From a virus: a stretch of 64,000 bases of DNA. The notes under the pieces were generated by a model, which worked only from the letters and a program-made list of their open reading frames with translations, searched no databases and was not told the origin of the DNA. The stretch is taken from the IMG/VR virus record IMGVR_UViG_3300022885_000003, positions 1 through 64,000 of that record. One strand, written 5' to 3'. Below are positions 18,905-29,168 of this stretch, in pieces (the first letter of the stretch is position 1; the number at the start of each line of letters is the position of its first letter). The translations under genes were made by a program, and so were the position numbers.

Positions 18905-20521
18905 ATGAGAGCATATGAATTAATAGAAGGCGTATATGACCCACATATTTTCAAAGCCATTATTATGGCTGGTCCCCCAGGATCAGGTAAATCAACGGTT
19001 GCAAAGAAATTAACCGGTGGTTCCGGTCTTAAAATGGTTGATTCGGATTCCTTCTTAAAACTAGGCGTTAATGATCACACACAACGAGCTAAACTATCTT
19101 CCACGCAATTAGACAACTATATTGAAGGACGTTTAGGCGTCGTTATTGACGGTACTGGTCACAATGTTAATCGGATCCTAGAAACAAAACGTCTATTAGA
19201 CTTTCACGGTTATGATACAATTTTAGTTTTTGTTGATGTTGATCTTGAAAATGCACTATCAAGAAATACAAGAAGATCTAGAACTGAGAACCCACAATAC
19301 GTTTCCAAAATGTGGAATGAAATGGAAGCTAGGAAAGAGCAGCTACGCTCTGTTTTTGGTGGCAACATGGTAGTCGTTGATAATCGTCCAGGTGTTCAAA
19401 ACGATTGGAATCGAGGTTGGAAAGTTATAAAGAAATGGTTAGACCGAGACGTTAATACACCATATGCTCAAGATTGGAAACGAGAGCAACAGCAAAAAAA
19501 GTCGTTAGGCGAAGATTATAAAAGGTTAAAAAGGAAATCTACAGAAAAGTTTAGAGAATTGTATGAATTGTCATTAATGGATGGTAATGATATAGACATA
19601 GATGGTTTTTATAGGGATGCATATCCGTCTATTTTCTTTACTGAAGACTTTGACGATGAATCATTACACGATGCCATAAGCCCATGGATTATTGATGTTG
19701 ATAAACCAACGTTTGTGGTTGATATTTTCTACATGGGAGCATTAAATCGCCTGCAAATCGACATAGATAATTATAAATCTTCACCCTATAATATGCAACC
19801 AACAATCGAGAGCAAAAACATTGCTCATTTACATTTTGATAATGTTAAAGAATTACGATCATTTATAGTGTTAATGAAAACACAATTTGATGGCGATTAT
19901 AATCTAACGATCGACGATAGACGAAACAAATTAAATGAAGATTTGGATTCATCCCTGAACCCAATTGCTATGAATCAAGCAGATGCTGGTAAAGTTGTTG
20001 AGAAAATTAAAAAAGAATGCGGGCAGTATTTAGGAATGATTGATCCCAAAAAACACCACTTGTTTAGAGGGTTAAAATTACGAAATTATTTCGATGCTAT
20101 GGAAATACCTGGAACCAGGGAAAATAGAAAAGCATTAGATACATCAAATGATGTTAATAACGTCGTTATTAAAGCTATCAACGAAAATGGTTTAGTGGCC
20201 AATCGGAATAATAGTTGGTTCAGTACCGGTGATATAGATAGAGCAGATTTTTACGGGACCGTTTATGTTGCATTTCCAACAGATGGTTTCCACTATACTT
20301 GGTCATCGGATATCGACGATTTGTATAGTTTTTCATTGCAGAATGCCGAAGATGGATTACCAATTAATAAAATATACGAACTAGCTAAAAGAAGTTACCA
20401 AGGTGATGATGGTAGTTTATCCAAAGCAATCGAATTTGGTCATGAAATTATGTTTACTTCTCCTAAAGTTATCCTTGTCGACGAAAAATTTCATTACGAT
20501 TATATCAAGGATCAATTATGA
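18905..20521 (+). CDS. Leader-tagged (MRAYELIE) multidomain protein: zeta-toxin-like P-loop kinase, unknown domain, R-S-E-type ART-like domain
   Basis: GPPGSGKS and VVIDGT; C-terminal LFRG...WFSTG...FYGTVYVAFP...EIMF. Confidence 0.8.
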   Translation: MRAYELIEGVYDPHIFKAIIMAGPPGSGKSTVAKKLTGGSGLKMVDSDSFLKLGVNDHTQRAKLSSTQLDNYIEGRLGVVIDGTGHNVNRILETKRLLDFHGYDTILVFVDVDLENALSRNTRRSRTENPQYVSKMWNEMEARKEQLRSVFGGNMVVVDNRPGVQNDWNRGWKVIKKWLDRDVNTPYAQDWKREQQQKKSLGEDYKRLKRKSTEKFRELYELSLMDGNDIDIDGFYRDAYPSIFFTEDFDDESLHDAISPWIIDVDKPTFVVDIFYMGALNRLQIDIDNYKSSPYNMQPTIESKNIAHLHFDNVKELRSFIVLMKTQFDGDYNLTIDDRRNKLNEDLDSSLNPIAMNQADAGKVVEKIKKECGQYLGMIDPKKHHLFRGLKLRNYFDAMEIPGTRENRKALDTSNDVNNVVIKAINENGLVANRNNSWFSTGDIDRADFYGTVYVAFPTDGFHYTWSSDIDDLYSFSLQNAEDGLPINKIYELAKRSYQGDDGSLSKAIEFGHEIMFTSPKVILVDEKFHYDYIKDQL

Positions 20522-21123
20522 GATTTAATGAAATAATTTCAGAAGACAGTTTCGAATCATCGATAATTATTATCGATGATAATAGTAAAGATGTACAGAA
20601 AGTATCTGATTATATTAGACATAAGTGCCAGCAGTATCTATCTATGATTAATCCAAAAACTGATATCTTATATAGAGGTATTGAAAATCGTAGTCATTAC
20701 CATGCTATCGATATTACCGGTGAACGGAAAAATAGAAGTCCAATAGATTCATCTACTGAATTGCATAACAAAATCGATGATATGTTGTATGAACAAGGAT
20801 TCGTAGCTAGAAGAAGCAATAGTTGGTTTGGAACAGGGAATTTTATGACTGCTGGAGTTTATGGAAAAGTGTATGTAGCATTTCCTACTGATGGGTTTCA
20901 TTATACATGGTCTGATACAGTATCCGATCTTTTTACCTATTATCAAGAACATCGAACCAAAGGTATTGATTGGGTTGTTAATAGCATTAAAGACTCTTAT
21001 GAAAGCGACAATAATTCAATAAAAAATGCAATTCAATCGAAAAACGAAATTATGTTTACTTCACCAAGAGTAATACTGGTCGAGGACACTTTTTATCAAG
21101 ACGAGGTTAAATCTAGGTTATGA
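20518..21123 (+). CDS. Leader-tagged (MRFNEIISE) R-type ART-like protein
   Basis: LYRG...WFGTG...YGKVYVAFP...EIMF. Confidence 0.7.
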   Translation: MRFNEIISEDSFESSIIIIDDNSKDVQKVSDYIRHKCQQYLSMINPKTDILYRGIENRSHYHAIDITGERKNRSPIDSSTELHNKIDDMLYEQGFVARRSNSWFGTGNFMTAGVYGKVYVAFPTDGFHYTWSDTVSDLFTYYQEHRTKGIDWVVNSIKDSYESDNNSIKNAIQSKNEIMFTSPRVILVEDTFYQDEVKSRL

Positions 21124-21758
21124 AAGCAATTGAATTATACGAACATACGCCTTCAGTCTCTTCATTGATTATGCCGATTGTTCATTCGAATATCGATGAA
21201 TCTAGTATTTCTAAAGTTGTAGACGCTATTAATGAAAAATGTAGTCAATTTTTAGGAATGGTAGATCCAGTTAATGATGTTTTGTATAGAGGGTTTGATC
21301 GAAAGTCGACGCATTCTTCGCCGTTGGCATTTTATTTTGATGGTAAGCGAGAGAATAGAAAACCACTCAGCACACCTAATGCGTTCCATCAGAAAGTAAT
21401 TAAAATGATTAATTCCGCTGGCTTGGTTGCAAATCGTGATAACGGATGGTTTGCAACCGGAGATAGGAATGAGGCATATGGATATGGTGAAGTTTATGTA
21501 GTGTTCCCGAAAAATGGGTTCCATTATACATGGTCACGGTATATTGGCGATTTATATGCAGATTATGATGAAGCATCCATGACAGATGAAAGGATGGATG
21601 CATTTATGGAAAAAATAAAAGCTTCCTATGAGGGAGATAACGGGACATTGAAAGAAGCAATTCATTCAGGTAATGAAATTATGTTTACATCAGATACAGT
21701 TATAATGGTTAATCCCGATTTTTACCATAAATATATTGCTGCGAATCTAAATAAATAG
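21120..21758 (+). CDS. Leader-tagged (MKAIELYE) R-type ART-like protein
   Basis: LYRG...WFATG...YGEVYVVFP...EIMF. Confidence 0.7.
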   Translation: MKAIELYEHTPSVSSLIMPIVHSNIDESSISKVVDAINEKCSQFLGMVDPVNDVLYRGFDRKSTHSSPLAFYFDGKRENRKPLSTPNAFHQKVIKMINSAGLVANRDNGWFATGDRNEAYGYGEVYVVFPKNGFHYTWSRYIGDLYADYDEASMTDERMDAFMEKIKASYEGDNGTLKEAIHSGNEIMFTSDTVIMVNPDFYHKYIAANLNK

Positions 21759-21782
21759 TAAAATACAGTTTAGGGGATTATT

Positions 21783-22352
21783 ATGTTTTTGGTAGAGTTA
21801 TTTGAAGATCAACAGAAAAGCGCAGTCTTTTCATTCGGTCGCATGAATCCCCCTACTGTGGGTCACCAAAAACTTATGCAGAGAGTTATGGACCTTGCAT
21901 CTGAAAAAAATGCTGATGTATTTATTGTCCCATCTAAGACGCAAGATAAAAAGAAAAATCCCTTATCATTTGAACAAAAGAAATATTTTATTGAAAAGAT
22001 CTATGGGTTTCCGGTTTACGACAACCCAACTATGAAATCCCCATTTCAAATGGCTGGTTGGCTCGGAGAGCAAGGTTATAAGGACGTAACCTTTGTTGTT
22101 GGTTCTGATCGAGTAGAGGCTTTCAAAGGGATCGAAGAGCATTATGCAAAAGACTTTGGTGGAATATTCAAAGTAGTTTCTGCTGGAGAGCGTGATCCCG
22201 ATGCCGATGGAGTAGAAGGTATGAGTGCTTCGGTAATGCGTGAGTTCGCCAAAGAAGGCAATATGGCAAGCTTTATGAAGGGCCTTCCACCCGAAACTAA
22301 AATTGGTATTGCTAAAGAATTGATGATAGCAGTAAGGGATGGTTTGAAATGA
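21783..22352 (+). CDS. Leader-tagged (MFLVELFE) HxGH nucleotidylyltransferase (cytidyltransferase/NadD-like)
   Basis: FGRMNPPTVGH, NPL, VVGSDR, MSASVMR. Confidence 0.85.
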   Translation: MFLVELFEDQQKSAVFSFGRMNPPTVGHQKLMQRVMDLASEKNADVFIVPSKTQDKKKNPLSFEQKKYFIEKIYGFPVYDNPTMKSPFQMAGWLGEQGYKDVTFVVGSDRVEAFKGIEEHYAKDFGGIFKVVSAGERDPDADGVEGMSASVMREFAKEGNMASFMKGLPPETKIGIAKELMIAVRDGLK

Positions 22353-23212
22353 GATATATAGAATTATCTGAATCAATAACAGCATATCATGGTTCAAGCA
22401 ATGAACACCAAGGATTTGATACAAAGCATACAGGTGATAATAGTCATACATTTGGTAGTTACAATACTGATCGACATGGCATATTCTTTAGTTTAAATCC
22501 GAAATTTGCTGCCATGTATGGAGACGTTATTCAATATGAACTGAATATTAATAACACTACCAATCTTGATAAGAGTCTTGATATAGTTGCTGCCTTTGCA
22601 GATCAAACAACTGACCGAGGAATAAGGATGGATGCTCAAAATGTTTTATATAAACATTGGAGCGTTTGGCAATTATTCGAAGATGATCTGGGTAAAGAAT
22701 TTGTAACATTTTTAAAAGATCAAGGGTACGATTCAGCCACATTTACCGAATATAACGAAAATGATGATGGGAAGGAAATTGACGGAAAGACAATTGTTGT
22801 TTTCAATCCAAGCAAAGTTATAAAGCATGGACAGCTTGAATTGGATTTATATGAGAACACTGATGAATTTAGTTCGTTAACCATTGAAGAGTTTATGTTG
22901 TATATTGAAAATAAATATGATGTAAAACAGTTCTTTGTTTCTAATTATAAAACAAACATTATCAAACTTGATAATATTATTGTTGGTGATAAGAAGCGGG
23001 GCACTGGTACAGAAATTATGAATGATCTTATTACTTATGCCGATGATAATCATAAAATGATTATATTAACCCCAGCAGTAGCAGATGATCGACATGGTAC
23101 AACTTCTAGATCTAGGCTTGTAAAATTTTACAAGAGATTTGGATTTTATGAGAATAAGGGTCGGAAGAAAGATTTTAGTCTTCCTTCCGGAATGATAAGG
23201 GATCCACAATGA
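22349..23212 (+). CDS. Leader-tagged (MRYIELSE) His-type ART domain plus GNAT acetyltransferase
   Basis: AYHGS...GIFFS...AAMYG...GYDS...IVVF; then KKRGTGT.IM...LVKFYKRFGF. Confidence 0.8.
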   Translation: MRYIELSESITAYHGSSNEHQGFDTKHTGDNSHTFGSYNTDRHGIFFSLNPKFAAMYGDVIQYELNINNTTNLDKSLDIVAAFADQTTDRGIRMDAQNVLYKHWSVWQLFEDDLGKEFVTFLKDQGYDSATFTEYNENDDGKEIDGKTIVVFNPSKVIKHGQLELDLYENTDEFSSLTIEEFMLYIENKYDVKQFFVSNYKTNIIKLDNIIVGDKKRGTGTEIMNDLITYADDNHKMIILTPAVADDRHGTTSRSRLVKFYKRFGFYENKGRKKDFSLPSGMIRDPQ

Positions 23213-23883
23213 GATATCAAGAATTATATGATTGGGAACAGTTATCGGCGTCTAATTTCGTTATGCCAAAAATGTCTGGATCTTATATCGACAAAGCATC
23301 ATGTGGGAGGGGGACATACCATATATATGTGGATATTAATATACCCCAAAAATATTATTGGGCTATAGATCCCAATACCAATATACCTATATGCTTTATT
23401 GGTTTATTACAATTTGGTAAATATTATATGATAAAGAATGCATTTTCTAGTATTCAAGGAAAAGGTCTAGCTACATCTTTGATTGACTATGTTATTGATG
23501 CAGAAAACACAATGTTTTTCTCTGATACACAAATGAGTTTAGCTGGAGAAGCGTTAACACGAAAGTTGGAACAGCGTTCATTAACTAGAATAGTAAACCT
23601 GAATACTCTGGAAATATTTGATAAAACTGATGTTAATCAAAAACAATCTAACGATGGTGAAATGGTTACGCATCCAAAAAACGATACGCGCACGACACCG
23701 CAAGACTTTGGTAATATTCAACATAATGAACAACGTTGGGTATTTGTATTTGAAAATATAATAACAGAAACTAAAAAATATTCAAGCAACCAACCCAAAT
23801 TATTAAAATTTGACGTTCCTGAAAAAGGATATTCTAAAGATAGTTTATTGATACCACTTGTTAGATATACAGAGGGCCCATAA
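23209..23883 (+). CDS. Leader-tagged (MRYQELYD) GNAT-like protein
   Basis: IQGKGLATSL acetyl-CoA loop; FSDTQMS.AG. Confidence 0.6.
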   Translation: MRYQELYDWEQLSASNFVMPKMSGSYIDKASCGRGTYHIYVDINIPQKYYWAIDPNTNIPICFIGLLQFGKYYMIKNAFSSIQGKGLATSLIDYVIDAENTMFFSDTQMSLAGEALTRKLEQRSLTRIVNLNTLEIFDKTDVNQKQSNDGEMVTHPKNDTRTTPQDFGNIQHNEQRWVFVFENIITETKKYSSNQPKLLKFDVPEKGYSKDSLLIPLVRYTEGP

Positions 23884-24500
23884 TGAGATACGAAGAATTA
23901 ACTGAAGGTAAAAATACTCCTTGCATTGTTGTTGATGTGCAACCAGAGTATACTGGATTAAATGACGGTAACGAACTTCCGTGGATCGACGAGATGATGG
24001 CGTTTCTTAATAAACAAACAGGCCCCATATTAATGTTTGTTAATGCTGAAGACCAAATGATGTCAGGTGATACTATTGACGATGTTAACGTATACTGGGA
24101 AGATTCCGGATTTGATCCTAGCAATTGGGATAGAGTCCAAGTTGTCGATAAGGGATATGGTTATTTTAGAGCATGGATGGATTCAGGTGTTCCTGAATCG
24201 GGTATCATTAAAACAATACGAGCAATGTATCAACAGAAAATTACAGACTCTAGAGAATTATTTAATGGGGAAGATGACGAAAACTATATTGAAAACATGA
24301 ACCAATTATTAGGGAATGATGATTGGGTTTCATTATATGATGATGGATTAAGTGTTGAATGGACATCAGTTGGACAATTAAAACGATTCTCTGGTGCTTA
24401 TATTATGGGTGGTGGTAGAGATGAATGCCTTCGAGAAGTTGAGTTATTGATGAATGCATTTAACATTAAATACAAACGTATAGAGGACTTTGTTTACTAA
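23883..24500 (+). CDS. Leader-tagged (MRYEELTE) isochorismatase/nicotinamidase-like cysteine hydrolase
   Basis: IVVDVQ (Asp), VDKG (Lys), GGGRDECL (Cys) triad pattern. Confidence 0.65.
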   Translation: MRYEELTEGKNTPCIVVDVQPEYTGLNDGNELPWIDEMMAFLNKQTGPILMFVNAEDQMMSGDTIDDVNVYWEDSGFDPSNWDRVQVVDKGYGYFRAWMDSGVPESGIIKTIRAMYQQKITDSRELFNGEDDENYIENMNQLLGNDDWVSLYDDGLSVEWTSVGQLKRFSGAYIMGGGRDECLREVELLMNAFNIKYKRIEDFVY

Positions 24501-24868
24501 TGAGAGCAATAGAGTTATATGAAAATAATATAGATATCGATTATTATATGGAGGAAGGATGTGGTATCTGGGCGGTAGCTCATGCTTTAAAAAACAATGG
24601 AAAGGTTTTAACTCTATACAACCCCGAAGGAGAAGCCTGGGATAATCAAACACATGAAATTACGCATGTGGTATCAATTGTTGATGGTAAAGCACATGAT
24701 GTCCTGGGAAGTTATAATCATATATCGGAAATTGATAAAAGATTCGGTAACTTGCAAATGGGAGATTCTTATAAACCCAAAGAATTTTTAAAGAAATTTA
24801 TGGGCGATAGTGATGACAAACCATTATATGGTGATATGAATGATGTTAAAGAAGTAATAGGTGTATAA
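24500..24868 (+). CDS. Leader-tagged (MRAIELYE) Cys-His-Asp (papain/transglutaminase-like) protein
   Basis: GCGIWAVA...THVV...HDVLG. Confidence 0.55.
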   Translation: MRAIELYENNIDIDYYMEEGCGIWAVAHALKNNGKVLTLYNPEGEAWDNQTHEITHVVSIVDGKAHDVLGSYNHISEIDKRFGNLQMGDSYKPKEFLKKFMGDSDDKPLYGDMNDVKEVIGV

Positions 24869-24871
24869 AAA

Positions 24872-25423
24872 ATGAGATACGAAGAATTAACTGAAAGCCG
24901 ATAGAAAACAGTTTACCACGGTGATAATTTTGGTACTACTTCATTGGAGCCTTCGTTAATGAATAACGGAAATAACCAAGAAGGTATAGGAATTTATTTT
25001 ACTGACAAATTAGAAACAACAGATACTTATGGTTTAAATGTAATTTCAGCTATAATAAATCAAGATAGATTTCTTAATAGCCGAGATACAGTAGATATAA
25101 TTGGAGTTCAACAAATAACCAAATTATTAAAAGCATTATGGCCATCTGATGAAGAAGCAATGTTTTATTGGATATCTGATTATATACCGTTGTCTGTACC
25201 AGAAGAAGTTGAAGAACATCATTTAGAAGAATTCGCTGGAAAGGTAGGATCTAGCGAAATTAGAAATTTTCAAATCGAATTAGCAAGTAATTTTGGTGTA
25301 GAAAATATGGTTAAAGCATGGAATGATATCTTAAATATTGATGGTACTTATTATCCATACATAGAAGGTGAAATATGGTACGCAATTATAAACCCCGAAA
25401 TTCAAGTAACGGTGATAAAATGA
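24872..25423 (+). pseudogene. Leader-tagged (MRYEELTE) His-type ART-like gene interrupted by in-frame TAG at 24902-24904
   Basis: MRYEELTESR*KTVYHGDNF continues in frame into ORF 24944 (EGIGIYFT...TYG). Confidence 0.8.
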
Positions 25424-25815
25424 GAGCAATAGAATTAACAGAAAATAAATTTTATCATGGAACATCGTCTTGTCTCTTAGAAACTATTAAAGAGGATGGG
25501 TTTTCTTCTCCATCATATTTTGTTAAGGATTTTGATGTAGCGTCTGAGTATGCAGCAATGGGTGGAGAATGGGATTTGCAGGATCGAGAAGAAAAATATG
25601 AAGAAAAATATGGCACCCCACCTAGAGAAATATTTGATGTTTGGGAAATGTATGAGAAATTGTATCCCGTTGGATGCTATCCCATCGTAATTGAAGTTCT
25701 AATACCAAATAATGTAATGCAATTTGCTGATGCTGGTGGCCATGGTTCAGAAGCAATATCATTAAATAATTGCAGTGGTGTTAAAATAAATTCAATACAT
25801 AAGGTTAAATGGTGA
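25420..25815 (+). CDS. Leader-tagged (MRAIELTE) His-type ART-like protein
   Basis: FYHGTS...I..DG...YF.....ASEYA...IVIEV. Confidence 0.7.
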   Translation: MRAIELTENKFYHGTSSCLLETIKEDGFSSPSYFVKDFDVASEYAAMGGEWDLQDREEKYEEKYGTPPREIFDVWEMYEKLYPVGCYPIVIEVLIPNNVMQFADAGGHGSEAISLNNCSGVKINSIHKVKW

Positions 25816-25821
25816 TTCAAA

Positions 25822-26478
25822 ATGAGAGCAATAGATTTATATGAAAACAATCACAAGGAAGAAATAGTCAGGGCATGGAGTCTCATACAACGAGACTGTC
25901 AACCTTTCCTTCTGGAATCTAATAATAAACCATTATATCGTGGCATAAATGATCTAAATACGGTTGAGTCTAGAGTTTCTTTTACCAAACTAACTGTTCA
26001 TCAAGAACGTATACCACGAGACACTAATCCATTTGAACATGAATATGTTATTAAAGCTATGAAAGATGCTGGGTTTAATGCACATCGCGGCAATTCAATA
26101 TTTTGTCAAGCTAGTACAGTTGGACTATATGACTATGGTGAAGTTTATGTCATATTTCCAATTGGTGATTTTAATGTTACATGGTCTAATGTGATAGTAG
26201 ACTGGACCGAAGATGGAAATATATACTAATTTGTTACGAATCACAAAGAGCATCCTGGATTTGTGTCAAAAGAATCCATCGTTGATATGCCAGGATTTAC
26301 AAGATGGATCGATGCAAATTACATTGATGGTCATTTGGCGGAAGCAATAGAAGCCAAACATTACGAGATAATGATCAATTGTAAGGAATATTATGCAGTT
26401 CTATATAAATCTCATAATAGCCAACAAATGTGGGATTATCAAGATATGAAGGAGGTGGTCAATCATGAGAGCAATTGA
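25822..26478 (+). pseudogene. Leader-tagged (MRAIDLYE) R-type ART-like gene interrupted by in-frame TAA at 26227-26229
   Basis: ORFs 25822 and 26263 are in the same frame and together align with paralog 29763 (EIMINCKEYYAVL...HESN). Confidence 0.8.
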
Positions 26479-27241
26479 ACTATACGAATACCATGAAACT
26501 TCACCTGTAATTATTTCGCCCGATATAATTAAGAAAATCAAATCCGAGTGTTCAATTGCTTTATCCAAGGATCCAATATATCGAGGGTTAAATCAGTCAA
26601 ACGATATATTATATGGAAATCCAATAAAACCGAGATCGTCTGCAAACACATATAACTATTACACAACGATATTAGATGAGTTACCATCGTGGCAAAAATT
26701 CCCAAAGAGATCATTGTCATGGATTTGCTCTACTTCAGAAAATACAGCATCGGGATATGGGACCGTCTATCGTGTTTTACCGGTCAATAACCCTTTGATA
26801 TCTATTGCATCAAGTGATGATTTATGGTTTTCTTTCTCTGAGGGATTACATCGAACCCTGTCTGATATTCATGTGTATGACCTATTCGATTTTAGTAGAT
26901 TATTACATGATATATTCGCAATTGGTAGACGTAACGGTGTTTCAGTTAATGTTAAATCTTTAGGTGATATGAATAATACCATTGAACTGATTATCAAGCA
27001 GAATGAAATCGAATCAATTACCCGTTATGAGAGATATCAAGAGTTTTTCACTTATGTACAAAAAGCCGGTAGCTTCATAAACTTAGTAAGCACACTTTTC
27101 GACCCAAAAATTAACCATATAGAGTTGGTCGACTTGAATAAATTTATCGCTGCACCATCTCGAGAGGTATGGTTTACTGGTCCAGCATATTTCATTCAAA
27201 ATACCCATTGGGGGAAGATGTTTAAGAATAAATATCAGTAA
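26465..27241 (+). CDS. Leader-tagged (MRAIELYE) R-STS-E ART-like protein
   Basis: IYRG...WICSTS...YG.VYRVLP...REVWF. Confidence 0.75.
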   Translation: MRAIELYEYHETSPVIISPDIIKKIKSECSIALSKDPIYRGLNQSNDILYGNPIKPRSSANTYNYYTTILDELPSWQKFPKRSLSWICSTSENTASGYGTVYRVLPVNNPLISIASSDDLWFSFSEGLHRTLSDIHVYDLFDFSRLLHDIFAIGRRNGVSVNVKSLGDMNNTIELIIKQNEIESITRYERYQEFFTYVQKAGSFINLVSTLFDPKINHIELVDLNKFIAAPSREVWFTGPAYFIQNTHWGKMFKNKYQ

Positions 27242-27255
27242 TATTGGAGTTTAAA

Positions 27256-28023
27256 ATGCGCGCCATCGAATTATATGAATATCATGAAACAAAAGAAGTT
27301 ACGCCTTCTCCTGAAATTATTCAGAAAATTAAGAAAGATTGCGCATTTGCATTGAAAGGCAGTAGACCAATATATCGTGGTATGGAAACACACTTAGATT
27401 TTATGTATAGTAATACACCAGAAATTCCCAGAGAGTCTGCTAATACACATAACTATTATACTATACTTATGGATGAATTACCAAGCTGGTCATCATTTCC
27501 AAAACGTTCTCTATCATGGATTTGCTCAACTAGTCGATTTACGGCTTCTGATTATGGTAATCTTTTCCGAGTATTACCTGTCGGAAATCCTGATATTGTT
27601 ATTGCAGATAAAGAAGATTTATGGTTTAGTTTTATTAAAGGGTTATCGTTAATAAGCGTAGAACTCGAAGATATGGACGAGTTCAATCAAACTATTTCGA
27701 TAATTATCAATAAAACCGATAATCAACCCCCAAAGACATTAAAGTCTCTTGCTTCGATAATTGATCAAGCTGCTCATAATCAACAAAATGGTTCAAAAAT
27801 CGTCGATGAATGGAGTAGCGCGGAAGTAGCCGCGCACGAATTACTCAATGAAGTTAATCAAAAGGGTGGGTTTGTTTCACTTATGAACAATGTATTAGAT
27901 CCAGAACTAAATGATTTCTATATTACCAAATTAAATAATCTTTATGATAAAACTAGTGAAGTATGGTTCAGTGGTCCGGCTTATTTCTTATCACTTGATA
28001 TTTGGAATAATTATTTTGAATAA
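27256..28023 (+). CDS. Leader-tagged (MRAIELYE) R-STS-E ART-like protein, paralog of 26465
   Basis: IYRG...WICSTS...YG.LFRVLP...SEVWF; has its own TAAATA and GGAG. Confidence 0.75.
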   Translation: MRAIELYEYHETKEVTPSPEIIQKIKKDCAFALKGSRPIYRGMETHLDFMYSNTPEIPRESANTHNYYTILMDELPSWSSFPKRSLSWICSTSRFTASDYGNLFRVLPVGNPDIVIADKEDLWFSFIKGLSLISVELEDMDEFNQTISIIINKTDNQPPKTLKSLASIIDQAAHNQQNGSKIVDEWSSAEVAAHELLNEVNQKGGFVSLMNNVLDPELNDFYITKLNNLYDKTSEVWFSGPAYFLSLDIWNNYFE

Positions 28024-28057
28024 CTTCATTAATTATAATGTAATAAATAGTATTACT

Positions 28058-28471
28058 ATGAAACTAGATGATATTGATAAAGATAAAATTATAAAATTTC
28101 CTGGGAGAACATCCAGGGACGTAAAGGAAGAACGCGCAAAATTTAATTTAATCATTAAGGAATTGGTCACATTACAACTTGAAAAGGAAAAGCAACCTGA
28201 ACGTTCACAAGCGATAATACGTGGACTCAAGACGGAATACTCAGGATTAATGGCTCGGTTTGTTTCACAAATGTTATATCTCTTGGAAATAAAAGGTGAT
28301 GAAGAACAGTTCCTAGATATGGTTATGAGTGCTAAATGGGACGATATACGTAAAGAGTTTTTAGAACATAAAATTGATATATTTAAGAAGATATATGGAA
28401 TTCTTCGTAACCATACAACTGCAAGAGCAGCGGAATTAGGGATAAGGATTGTAAGAAATGAGAGCATATGA
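28058..28471 (+). CDS. Helical hypothetical protein with weak or no leader (MKLDDID)
   Basis: Start placed just after TAAATA at 28044-28049. Confidence 0.6.
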   Translation: MKLDDIDKDKIIKFPGRTSRDVKEERAKFNLIIKELVTLQLEKEKQPERSQAIIRGLKTEYSGLMARFVSQMLYLLEIKGDEEQFLDMVMSAKWDDIRKEFLEHKIDIFKKIYGILRNHTTARAAELGIRIVRNESI

Positions 28472-29168
28472 ATTATTTGAAAAGGTTGTACAAACAGATC
28501 GATATAATTATCGTGGTTATAAAATTGTTTTCCAATTGGAGCCTGATTCCCAAGGAAAATATATTGGTCAGATTTTCGGAGACAATGCCCCAAAAGAGCA
28601 ATTTGAAAATACAGACTTAGAAGATCTTAAACGGGATATGGAAAATACTGTTAATCAATTAGAAGTTGATGCCAAAAGAAACATGTTAGTTCGTCGAGAT
28701 GTAGTAGATTCAAATGCCATACGACGGGTTGCATTAAATTATAATACACAATTTACAAGACAAATACTCGATAATGAAATACCAACAGCAACTAGATTAA
28801 TGTTTGTAAATGGTCAAGCATACTTAGATGTGATGACAAGAGAAGCGTTTGAAGTGTTTGGTGAAGAACTCAAATCAGTTGGATTTACTAAAATTTCCGA
28901 TCGGCAATGGTCAAAGAGTGAAGGTGCCACAAAAATATTCGGGGTTTCTAATGTTAATCCAAAGTTAATAGATCAAATGAATTTAGAATTCCACGGCGTT
29001 TATGAATTAAAAGTAGGACAATCACCTGATCCCGAAATGTTTACACGTTATGAATTGGATCAATTGGGTTACAGTGATAAGGATATGTCATATCCGGTTC
29101 CTGCCGTAACAATTGCATTCTGGTACAAAGACGGAAAGTATTCAGAGGAATCAAATGCGAGCAATTGA
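28458..29168 (+). CDS. Leader-tagged (MRAYELFE) protein of unknown function
   Basis: Leader present; 236 aa. Confidence 0.75.
   Translation: MRAYELFEKVVQTDRYNYRGYKIVFQLEPDSQGKYIGQIFGDNAPKEQFENTDLEDLKRDMENTVNQLEVDAKRNMLVRRDVVDSNAIRRVALNYNTQFTRQILDNEIPTATRLMFVNGQAYLDVMTREAFEVFGEELKSVGFTKISDRQWSKSEGATKIFGVSNVNPKLIDQMNLEFHGVYELKVGQSPDPEMFTRYELDQLGYSDKDMSYPVPAVTIAFWYKDGKYSEESNASN

Noticed and set aside
24902-24904. Genome-wide TAG recoding
   Set aside because: Long genes are intact in code 11; TAG ends genes at family-consistent positions (34824, 53534); the other internal stop is TAA
28058-28471. Counting MKLDDIDKD as a capsid leader
   Set aside because: It lacks the LxE end, so it is excluded from the count of 17
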